Shown one piece after another: positions 28,471 through 36,536 of a DNA stretch of 64,000 nt. Below the pieces are notes generated by a model. That model had not been told where the DNA came from. It made no database searches and saw only the letters and a program-made list of their open reading frames with translations. Every line of letters begins with the position of its first letter. The first letter of the stretch is position 1. The stretch lies in NCBI GenBank assembly GCA_963692865.2, contig OY843592.1:64001-128000 (forward strand), read 5' to 3'. Source of the stretch: a bacterium. Lineage in GTDB: Bacteria; UBA8248. The translations under genes and the position numbers were made by a program.

Positions 28471-28932
28471 ATGACTGATATTGTGGACAAACAGCGGCGA
28501 AGCAAGATGATGTCCAAGATTCGAGGGCGCAATACTGTGCCCGAGCTCGTCGTTCGTCGTATTGCACACAAGTTGGGTCTCCGTTTCCGTCTTCACCGGA
28601 AAGACCTTCCCGGTTGCCCCGACTTAGTTTTTCCAAAATATCGTCTAGTCGTGTTCGTACATGGATGCTTTTGGCATCGGCATGAAGGATGCCAGTACGC
28701 ATATAAACCCAAGTCTCGAATAGAATTTTGGACGGAAAAGTTCGCAAGCAATGTCGCGCGTGACCGGCGCAATGAAGAAGCGTTACGAAACCTCGGCTGG
28801 CGAGTTCTGGTAATCTGGGAATGCGAAACGAAAAATGAGGGGTCTGTCAAACAAAATCTTGCTAAGTATATTAATCGTGACGATCCTGATTTGTATTCCG
28901 AAACTTCTCAACAACCATTGAATGAGAAATAG
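28471..28932 (+). CDS. vsr: Very-short-patch repair endonuclease
   Basis: RSKMMSKIR..NT.PE, LPG.PDL, FVHGCFWH.H, FW..K...NV.RD, GWRVL.IWECE. Confidence 0.96.
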   Translation: MTDIVDKQRRSKMMSKIRGRNTVPELVVRRIAHKLGLRFRLHRKDLPGCPDLVFPKYRLVVFVHGCFWHRHEGCQYAYKPKSRIEFWTEKFASNVARDRRNEEALRNLGWRVLVIWECETKNEGSVKQNLAKYINRDDPDLYSETSQQPLNEK

Positions 28933-29889
28933 ATGCTGACTTTTGTTGACTTGTTCTGTGGAGGGGGATTTGGTGCCTGGGGAGCGATTAGGGGTGGGGG
29001 CAAGCCGCTCTTGGGGATCGATTCTTGGAAGACCGCTGTCAAGACATACAAACACAATTACCCTCAAGCGGATGTGATTTGTGCCAGAATCGAAGATTTA
29101 GATCCCTGTACATTATCAAATCGCTACCAACCTGACGTCTTGCTAACATCGCCAGAATGTACCGCACACTCCATCGCGAGGGGTGCGAATCCTGGATGTG
29201 AGAGAAGCCGGGAGGTCGCACTTGGAATTATTCCTTGGTTAACAGCTATGCAACCTAGATGGCTGATTATTGAAAATGTTAATCGAATGAAACGCTGGAA
29301 CAGACATGATGAACTGATAACGACAATAGAGTCTGCTGGATATAAGGTCAGTGATCTATACTTGAATTCTGCCGATTTCGGCACCCCTCAAGCAAGAAAG
29401 CGGCTATTCCTAGTATGTGACCGGGACGGGACGTTGCTCAGCCGGGAACTACTGCTTGATCAGCAGAGCAAAAAACAAATGACTGCCAAAGATATTCTTG
29501 CTCCTGAAAACAAGTTTCAGTCCTCCCCGCTGCTCAAGAAAAACAGAGCCGAGGCGACAATTGAGAGAGCGGAAAGAGCAATTGAGGAACTCGGCAAGGA
29601 AGTACCGTTTCTTATTGTGTACTATGGTTCAGACTACGCGGGTGGCTGGCAGGCGCTTGATGCGCCTCTCCGCACTGTCACAACAATAGATAGATTTGGA
29701 CTTGTTACATGGCAACATGGAGAACCGTTTTTGAGAATGTTACAGCCAGAGGAGCTCACGAGAGCCATGGGGGCAGATGGGCTAAAACTAGAAGTTGGAA
29801 ATCGGCGAGAAAAAATCAGACTCTGCGGTAATGGAGTATGCGCCCCTGTACTGGAAACAATCTTCCGGACACTCGACACGGCAGCCTGA
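28933..29889 (+). CDS. DNA (cytosine-5)-methyltransferase
   Basis: Motif I DLFCGGG, motif IV variant SPEC, motif VI ENV, motif VIII PQARKR, motif IX R.L.P.E, motif X GNGV. Confidence 0.92.
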   Translation: MLTFVDLFCGGGFGAWGAIRGGGKPLLGIDSWKTAVKTYKHNYPQADVICARIEDLDPCTLSNRYQPDVLLTSPECTAHSIARGANPGCERSREVALGIIPWLTAMQPRWLIIENVNRMKRWNRHDELITTIESAGYKVSDLYLNSADFGTPQARKRLFLVCDRDGTLLSRELLLDQQSKKQMTAKDILAPENKFQSSPLLKKNRAEATIERAERAIEELGKEVPFLIVYYGSDYAGGWQALDAPLRTVTTIDRFGLVTWQHGEPFLRMLQPEELTRAMGADGLKLEVGNRREKIRLCGNGVCAPVLETIFRTLDTAA

Positions 29890-29907
29890 GATGGACAGGG
29901 CAAAAAA

Positions 29908-30071
29908 GTCCTGAAATCGACCGATTTGATCATCGATCAAATTTACGAGGACGGTCGAAAAGGTAACGTATCAGATGACCCACTTCAATGTCCTGAAATC
30001 GGCCGACTTGATCATCGATCAAATCTACGAGGGCGGTCGAAAAGGTAACGCATCAGATGACCCACTTCCTC
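29908..30071 (+). repeat. 82-bp imperfect tandem duplication at the 5' end of the endonuclease gene
   Basis: GTCCTGAAATCG..GATCAA..GGTCGAAAAGGTAACG.ATCAGATGACCCACTTC occurs at 29908 and again at 29990. Confidence 0.9.
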
Positions 30072-31141
30072 ATCTTTTGGGTGTTTCCAATAGCGCGGGA
30101 TTTAGACATCTCGGCAAGCGGCCCAGAGTTAACACCCTAAAATTATTGGTTCTGTATACCAATTTACGTGACCCAAACTGGCCGGATTCGATGGATCCTG
30201 AAACGGGTATATTTACGTATTATGGGGATCGTCGAACGCCAGGGCCACTACATGAAACTCCCAGAAGCGGCAATCAAATTCTGGCAAATCTATTCGAGGC
30301 CCGACATGGAGATATATCGAAATTTCCCCCGATATTGATATTCGGAAATGCCGGGAGATTTCGTGATGTAAGATTTTATGGCTTGGCTGTACCCGGGGCA
30401 GAAGGCATGACTCAGGATGAAGATCTCGTGGCCGTATGGCGAAGTAGCGGTGATCAAGGGATTCGATACCAGAACTACAGGGCGAGATTTACGATACTAA
30501 ATGTTCCTGTAATCAGCAGAGCTTGGATTTCTGATATTCAAGACGGCTGCGCTCTACCATCACGACTTGCACCAAAACCCTGGCTTGATTGGGTGAAATT
30601 AAGAAAATACGCCCCCATCGAGGCAGAGCAAATTATCAAGACTCGGTCCAAAAATGAACAGTTACCACATAACTTGGAAGACATCCGTATTCTGTCATTG
30701 GTATATGAACGCTATAAAAATGCTCCCATTGACTTTGAAAGGTGCGCTGTTGAGATTGCGAAACTATCCATGCCGTCTATTGCTCGGGTCGATCTAACTA
30801 GGCCTTGGCGCGATGGCGGGCGCGATGCTTTAGGGACTTATCAAATCGGTCAAGAGCGCTCAGCTATCAAAGTAGAATTCTCGTTGGAAGCCAAGTGTTA
30901 TAGCACTTCCCATGGTGTCGGGGTGAAACTTCTTTCTCGATTAATATCAAGGCTTCGCCACAGGCAATTTGGGATACTCGTCACAACTTCGTATCTGAGC
31001 GGACAAGCCTATCAAGAAATTACCAATGACCAACATCCTATAATAATTATATCCGGGAAAGACATCGTTTCTATTCTGAAGACAAAGATTGGTGACTTGC
31101 ATCGTATTCGGGAGTGGCTAGGTTCGCTTTCAGAATCTTGA
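29975..31141 (+). CDS. MspJI/AspBHI-family 5mC-dependent restriction endonuclease (SRA-like N-domain plus Mrr-type catalytic domain)
   Basis: DL..D..Y.G, GFR, WPD..D..TG.F.YYGD...PG..HETP..GN, GLAVPG, EDLVA.W, QNY; C-terminal TRPWRDGGRD, EAKCY, SRLISR..HR.FG.LVTTSY. Confidence 0.88.
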   Translation: MTHFNVLKSADLIIDQIYEGGRKGNASDDPLPHLLGVSNSAGFRHLGKRPRVNTLKLLVLYTNLRDPNWPDSMDPETGIFTYYGDRRTPGPLHETPRSGNQILANLFEARHGDISKFPPILIFGNAGRFRDVRFYGLAVPGAEGMTQDEDLVAVWRSSGDQGIRYQNYRARFTILNVPVISRAWISDIQDGCALPSRLAPKPWLDWVKLRKYAPIEAEQIIKTRSKNEQLPHNLEDIRILSLVYERYKNAPIDFERCAVEIAKLSMPSIARVDLTRPWRDGGRDALGTYQIGQERSAIKVEFSLEAKCYSTSHGVGVKLLSRLISRLRHRQFGILVTTSYLSGQAYQEITNDQHPIIIISGKDIVSILKTKIGDLHRIREWLGSLSES

Positions 31142-31160
31142 AAGCACTTTATTTATGGTT

Positions 31161-32462
31161 TCAGGGAAACGAAATGATTCCCGGGCGGGCACCATAGCTA
31201 TGAATCCAATATATCAGGTCATTGAGAAGCTGCTCACGCAAGCGAAAAAGAAATTTTGCCTTCTTAACATTCGCGCTCGGTAATGACACCTGAAAACGCG
31301 CGTTTACGTGCAAAAAACAATTCTCATTGTTACATACGAAGTGTGGACTGCGCCAAAGAGCAGCAGGAGGTCTATTTTTTCGCACTTGGTCTGCGGGCAG
31401 GAGCAGACCGAGATAGAAAGGTGAGGGTCCTGGCTGTTTTTGAGCATAGTCGCAGGCCGCTTGAGTCTGTACCAATACCCATAGATCACCGTTATGGTCT
31501 TTCTGGTTATTTTTACGCCAGAACTGTTTTTCAGCTGCCATGGCTTCCTTAATGTTAAATGTAGATTCGAACATATCGCCAGAAAACTCTTTTGGAAGAG
31601 AGAGCACGTCACCACGCTCAGACCCATCCTTATCAGAAGTCGAAAGTGCAACATGAATCAGTTTGTTGAGCTTTGCGGCTTTATCCTGAGACAGGTTTTG
31701 CCCGACATCGGTTTCATCAAATGCCGCCTCCCATTGTTCGTTGTCGACTTCCCGTGATCGCATTGACGCGATACGGTCAGCTAGAATAGGCAGAAGTGCC
31801 TCATTCACCGCTCGAAATCGATCCTCTTCGACATGTTCCTTTCCAACTGCGGCAACAGCGAAATTTGCAAGCAACTTGCCAAGGGTTTTAGTGTGGTCCT
31901 GAACCTGTGTCTCAGACTTCGCCAGTTCAAGAATGGATGAAACTGTATCAGCTCCAGCATCAGTCACTCGCTCTTCCCAATTGAAAAGCGCCTGGATTTG
32001 CGGTTGAGTGGCAACCAATTCTCTAACAGCTTTAATGAGTTCTTCAATACTCTTCACATTTCCAGCACCATCCAGATGGTCGTTCTTGTCAAGCGCTTGA
32101 ACAACAAACGGCTTTGCCACATCATCCTTCAGACGATTTGTTAGGAAATCACAGAGTTTATCAGCTTGCTCCGGATACTTAGTCCAAAGAATAATAAAAT
32201 AAGGTCCAGATGGTTTAAGAGTATCCTCTATCAATCCGCCAATCGTACTGAAGTCCCTAGCGTGGTCAGTTGCAGAGCCATCATTGAGATGGAGGTCAGC
32301 AAAGATGACTCTGACATGCGGGCATTCGCAAACACTCTCTGTTTCCCCAGTGAAATGAATGGGGAGACACGCAACGCCATAGGTGTTGAGGCCCCTCGTC
32401 AAACCATCAAGATGTTTGGGTTCGTCGTCAATCGCTACAATACGAGGAGCTGGCAACATCAC
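31161..32462 (-). CDS. Receiver-domain protein with an uncharacterised C-terminal (ACDxAQ) domain
   Basis: N-terminal IVAIDDE...IFADLHL...ILWT...LDK retains the receiver catalytic residues. C-terminal TQAACDYAQ. Start overlaps the kinase stop (TGATG). Confidence 0.75.
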   Translation of the reverse strand: MMLPAPRIVAIDDEPKHLDGLTRGLNTYGVACLPIHFTGETESVCECPHVRVIFADLHLNDGSATDHARDFSTIGGLIEDTLKPSGPYFIILWTKYPEQADKLCDFLTNRLKDDVAKPFVVQALDKNDHLDGAGNVKSIEELIKAVRELVATQPQIQALFNWEERVTDAGADTVSSILELAKSETQVQDHTKTLGKLLANFAVAAVGKEHVEEDRFRAVNEALLPILADRIASMRSREVDNEQWEAAFDETDVGQNLSQDKAAKLNKLIHVALSTSDKDGSERGDVLSLPKEFSGDMFESTFNIKEAMAAEKQFWRKNNQKDHNGDLWVLVQTQAACDYAQKQPGPSPFYLGLLLPADQVRKNRPPAALWRSPHFVCNNENCFLHVNARFQVSLPSANVKKAKFLFRLREQLLNDLIYWIHSYGARPGIISFP

Positions 32463-34600
32463 TTCACTTCCTTCTTGAAGATTAAAGTAACAACCGCACC
32501 GTCGAATTCGTCAGGAATCTCAACCTCTCCCGGTTCCGGGAACGCAAGTTGTCCTCCGTTCAATTCCATCGCCAGGATTGCATAATACAGACCCAGTCCC
32601 ATGCCTTCCGGCTTTCGCGTGAAGAATGGTCGCACAAGATGCTCAGGATCATCTCCTTGAAAACCGACACCATTGTCGGCGACGATAATCGCCGGTCCAG
32701 CATCGAAATCGTGTGAAACATCGATATAAAGCTTTCGCTCAGGCGGTTCGTTCTTAGCCGACATGTTTGGCCATCTCACGCGAAGCCAGTAGAGTGCGTT
32801 GTCTATTAGATTGTTCAGTGCTCCCAAAACCAAGCTGAATGCAAATCGGGATTCGAACCCATCGGCACTATCTTGCAGCAAAGGGCAGACGAGTTTAATT
32901 CTATGATATCGAAAGCGCAGCATGTTGAATTGGCGCGCAGCATTCACTAGCTTCTTTGCGCTGTGGTGTTGCTTGCTGTCTCGTCGAAGTAATGTTGCGA
33001 AACCATCGAGAAGATGCATGAGATCACGGGCCTGACGAGCAGCACTCTCCATGTCCGTTCCTTCTGCAATAACTCGATGGAGTGCCCTCACGCCACGTTC
33101 TATTTCATGAAATACAACAGCCAGATTCAAACCGGACATGCCAGCAGAAAGCAGCGTTTCCTGCATGCTTTTGTAATTGTTCTCAATTTGGACAAGGTAA
33201 TTCTCGAATTTCTCCCGAACTCCCTGTCGTTCGAGTTCGCGCCTCATTTCTTGTATTGGTTTCTCTATTTTGGCGGTGATAGGATCATCGGGCCTATCTG
33301 TCAATTTTCTGATGCGCTCTTTGTCAAATTGACGTTCTTCTTCAAGAGCAGCAAGTGTACCCAGAACAATGCGACGGAGTTCTTGACACGCTTCGTTTTC
33401 CACAAAGCCCTCGCGGTTGGTCTTTTCGATTAGTCCGGTGGACTCCTTGAGAGAGAGATGGATCGCCCCCAGAATTATGTTGTTGCTGATTCGGCGCGTC
33501 GGTATGTTCACGCGGCGAAGATCAAGACCGAGCCAGTCATCGCCACGCTCGCCATAGTTGTACACTCGAATGCCATCTCTATATACTCGCACACCACCCG
33601 CCTCGTCGAGATAGTCTTCCAGCAATCGAATGTTGGGTAATCGTCGGCGAACTTCCCGATCCCGGTCATAAACATTGAACTCTCCCTTCACAGAACCAAT
33701 GCCTTCGAAATCCGCCTCGTTGGCCACGACTTTCTTTTCCATCCGATCATCGCCCGACTTAGACGGAAGCTTCAATTGATCACCGGATTTTTGAACAATT
33801 CGGCTGTCGAGCTTGAAACCTGGTACTTGGCGGAATTCGTAGGTCCAGTCAAACTTGCCTTTATTAAGAAAGAACGAGAACTTCCAGATGGCTCGATCAA
33901 GAATTTCAGAAACGTCCGGCAGGTCAGTCGTCCATTCTTCTCGGCTAGGAACGTGCAGAATGGCCTCAAATCCACTCGGTTCTTCAAATGGTGAGCATAT
34001 GGATGTAATCTGATTATGAAGACGCCGAACCTCTCCGCGAGACCAGTCGGTTGTGCGTAATTCCCGAATTTGAATTTGGGTTCCAGTTTTCTCTCCCAGA
34101 AATACTTCTGGGCGGCGAACTATTATTGTTACAGGAGCTTCGTCGAGATATGGTCGCGTGATCAACTCATTCCAGTCTATTTCGACAATGTATTCGTCTG
34201 TGTTTCGAGCCCGCGTCACTAAAGTAATGTTGTTACCAAGTTTATGGACGGCAAACCGCCCCAATCCCTTTTCGCCAAGTGGAAGTCGACCATGTTTCGG
34301 CGTTCTTTTATCTGCTCGCCGTTGCTCCTGGCGATGGTTGTCACCAAGTACAAGCCAGACTGACTGAAGGGTATCAAGCGTCATCCCTTCCCCATCGTCA
34401 GTGACGGTGATCGTAGGGTCTTGCGAAGATTCAAGATCGAGGCAAATCGAAACTTTGTTGGCATCTGCGTCATAAGCATTCTTTACAAGTTCGAAGACAG
34501 CTAAGCGCGCGCTTCCAATCAGTTCGTCTCCGAGCAGTTGCAACAGTCTGCCTCTTGGCCGAAATGGCTGACTAATCTCATTCGATTTATTGTCGTTCAA
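32459..34600 (-). CDS. GHKL (MORC/MutL-like) ATPase fused to a histidine kinase
   Basis: N-terminal ELVKNAYDADA, DDGEGM, GEKGLGRFA, NREGF; C-terminal H-box VFHEIE, NNLIDNA, DNGVGF, PFFTRK..GMGLGLY. Start probably TTG 34600 (GGGGGGA RBS); alternative ATG 34630. Confidence 0.88.
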   Translation of the reverse strand: MNDNKSNEISQPFRPRGRLLQLLGDELIGSARLAVFELVKNAYDADANKVSICLDLESSQDPTITVTDDGEGMTLDTLQSVWLVLGDNHRQEQRRADKRTPKHGRLPLGEKGLGRFAVHKLGNNITLVTRARNTDEYIVEIDWNELITRPYLDEAPVTIIVRRPEVFLGEKTGTQIQIRELRTTDWSRGEVRRLHNQITSICSPFEEPSGFEAILHVPSREEWTTDLPDVSEILDRAIWKFSFFLNKGKFDWTYEFRQVPGFKLDSRIVQKSGDQLKLPSKSGDDRMEKKVVANEADFEGIGSVKGEFNVYDRDREVRRRLPNIRLLEDYLDEAGGVRVYRDGIRVYNYGERGDDWLGLDLRRVNIPTRRISNNIILGAIHLSLKESTGLIEKTNREGFVENEACQELRRIVLGTLAALEEERQFDKERIRKLTDRPDDPITAKIEKPIQEMRRELERQGVREKFENYLVQIENNYKSMQETLLSAGMSGLNLAVVFHEIERGVRALHRVIAEGTDMESAARQARDLMHLLDGFATLLRRDSKQHHSAKKLVNAARQFNMLRFRYHRIKLVCPLLQDSADGFESRFAFSLVLGALNNLIDNALYWLRVRWPNMSAKNEPPERKLYIDVSHDFDAGPAIIVADNGVGFQGDDPEHLVRPFFTRKPEGMGLGLYYAILAMELNGGQLAFPEPGEVEIPDEFDGAVVTLIFKKEVK

Positions 34601-34631
34601 ACGCGCGTCCCCCCGCTTGCTATGTGTCATT

Positions 34632-34660
34632 ATGATATGTGACTTCCACTCTACCGGCAA
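34632..34660 (-). promoter_or_regulatory. Candidate sigma70 promoter for the kinase-receiver operon
   Basis: TTGCCG-17 bp-TATCAT on the minus strand just inside the right repeat. Confidence 0.5.
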
Positions 34661-34678
34661 CGGAGGCACTTTGCTCCA

Positions 34679-35089
34679 GACGCGATGACCGCAGGAGCCG
34701 ACTACGCCGCCGCGCGGGGCATGAAGATATACATCGAGCCCTACAACCGCTACGAGACGAACTTCATCAACACCGTGCGCCAGGGGATGGAATACGTGAA
34801 GGAGGAGAACCACGCAGGCCTCGCGCTGATGATAGACAGCTGCTGGATGAATTCCGAGGACGCCTCCATACCCGGAGCCGTCTTCGCCGCGCGCGAGTGG
34901 ATAGAATACGTGCACGTGGCCGATTCCACGCGCGGCTATCCGGGTTCGGCCCACATCCACTTCGGCGACTTCATCCGCGCGCTCAGGGAAATCGGCTACG
35001 AAGGCGTGCTCTCGGTGCAGATCGACCAGAAACCCGCCTTCCGGGTCGCGGCGGAGCGGAGCATCAGGCTGCTAAGGTGTTATTTGTGA
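34679..35089 (+). pseudogene. Right copy of the direct repeat: orphan 3' half of the TIM-barrel isomerase gene
   Basis: Encodes MTAGADY...RCYL and lacks the first ~150 codons. Confidence 0.92.
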
Positions 35090-35181
35090 AGCGAGGTTTT
35101 CGGACAGGAATCAGGTAACGGAGGAGACGGCGTGTACCCCCCGAGGCAGATACCGGGGTGAACCCGCACCACCCTTCTCTT

Positions 35182-35505
35182 CTAAATCGCACGCGGCAAT
35201 GCGGATTGGGGCGGTGGATCTTCCCTCGTGGGCAGAAGGCGGATATTATCGCCTGATTCTTTCTCGGCGCGGGCGAGTTCAAAATGCGCCTGCAGGTTGA
35301 GCCAGAACTCGGGTTCGACGCCGAACCAGTGGCCCAGACGCAGGGCCGTATCGCCGGTGATCGATCTCTTGCCGTTGATGATCTGACTCACCCTGTTGGG
35401 CGGTACGTCGATCCGGCGCGCGAATTCTGTGGGCGTAATGCCGAATTCGGCCAATTCGTCCTTCAATATCTCGCCGGGATGAACGGTTCGCTTCAACACC
35501 TGCAT
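35182..35505 (-). CDS. higA: HigA-family antitoxin (HTH)
   Basis: HPGEIL...L, NRVSQIINGKRSITGDTALRL, FWLNLQ. RBS GAGGAG. Confidence 0.92.
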   Translation of the reverse strand: MQVLKRTVHPGEILKDELAEFGITPTEFARRIDVPPNRVSQIINGKRSITGDTALRLGHWFGVEPEFWLNLQAHFELARAEKESGDNIRLLPTREDPPPQSALPRAI

Positions 35506-35513
35506 CTCTCCTC

Positions 35514-35801
35514 TCATGAATGATAGTCCACAATCTCGACCCTGCTCGGTCCTGACTCTCCGTCCGGCCATTCGAAACAGATCCGCCATTGCCGGTTGAT
35601 GCGGATGGAATACTGTCCTTTCCGGTCTCCACTCAAGGCTTCCAGCCTATTGCTCGGCAAGGTCCTCAAGGTTTCGAGAGAAGGGGCCGCGTTCAAGATC
35701 GAGAGCCGCTTGGTGGCTTGCTGCTCGAAGCCTTGGAAGTCTTTTACGAATCGGCCACTGGCGAATCGCTCTGATTTCCTGTCCCGGTAACCAAGGATCA
35801 T
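35514..35801 (-). CDS. higB: HigB (RelE/ParE superfamily) toxin
   Basis: PSNRLEAL.GDRKGQYSIRIN.QWRICF.W...VEIVDYH. Confidence 0.95.
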   Translation of the reverse strand: MILGYRDRKSERFASGRFVKDFQGFEQQATKRLSILNAAPSLETLRTLPSNRLEALSGDRKGQYSIRINRQWRICFEWPDGESGPSRVEIVDYHS

Positions 35802-35809
35802 GGAAACTC

Positions 35810-35837
35810 ATTATAGATAATTGACGATGGACGTCAA
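35810..35837 (-). promoter_or_regulatory. higBA promoter/operator
   Basis: TTGACG-16 bp-TATAAT on the minus strand. Palindrome TTGACG-ATGGA-CGTCAA at 35821-35837. Confidence 0.75.
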
Positions 35838-35875
35838 GGGTAAATAGACTATGCGTCTGAGGCGCATCCACCCCC

Positions 35876-36340
35876 CTACTTCTCGCACTCGCCTTTCGCT
35901 AGTTTGGTGGCGATGTGGGCCGGAAAAGCGGGGAAAATCTCGATGACTCGCTTCTCCTTCTCGTCGCGCACGACGACGGTGTGGGAATGCCTACGCGACA
36001 GGAAAAACCCGGTGAGGCGGAATCGCCCGAAGGGCTGCCAGGTGAGGATGAAGGGGTAGGCCACGGATTTCTCCTTGTTGAATGGCCGCGAGATGAGGAG
36101 TTCCCCCTCGCCCCCGATGGGGTAGGCCAGCTTCTTGAACTCGCCCTTTTTGCGCTCCACCAGCCAGACGGCCAGGTCGCGCCCCTTGGCCGGCAGCGTG
36201 ATGCGAACTTTCTGCTCCACCTTGTAGCCGTTCAGGATGGTGTAGCTCACCCGGCAGTTGAACACGCTTTCCACGTTCGTCTCCGCTGCGGCGGAAACAC
36301 AAGAGGCGAGCACTGCAATGACACAGGCGATGCGCTTCAT
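35876..36340 (-). CDS. Hypothetical exported protein
   Basis: Signal-like MKRIACVIAVLASCVSAAA and host-like codon usage. No recognisable family. Confidence 0.55.
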   Translation of the reverse strand: MKRIACVIAVLASCVSAAAETNVESVFNCRVSYTILNGYKVEQKVRITLPAKGRDLAVWLVERKKGEFKKLAYPIGGEGELLISRPFNKEKSVAYPFILTWQPFGRFRLTGFFLSRRHSHTVVVRDEKEKRVIEIFPAFPAHIATKLAKGECEK

Positions 36341-36536
36341 CCTGAAACCTCGGAAATGGAGAGGGCACATCCTGCGACAGCGAACAGGTCGTATTATGAA
36401 CGATTCAAGGGGATGATTTCCAGAGGGGGCGTTCACTCCCCGCTACTCAATGTCGCATAATAGCCATCGGCACACACCATGGAATAACTCCAAAAGAGGC
36501 TACGGCCTTTTGATTACCAAGTGAACCGAAAAGGAG

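Noticed and set aside
34601-34960. 833-aa version of the histidine kinase in the ORF track
   Set aside because: The first ~95 residues are the antisense reading of the duplicated isomerase tail (same text as ORF 27568..28317). A promoter and RBS lie just upstream of 34600.
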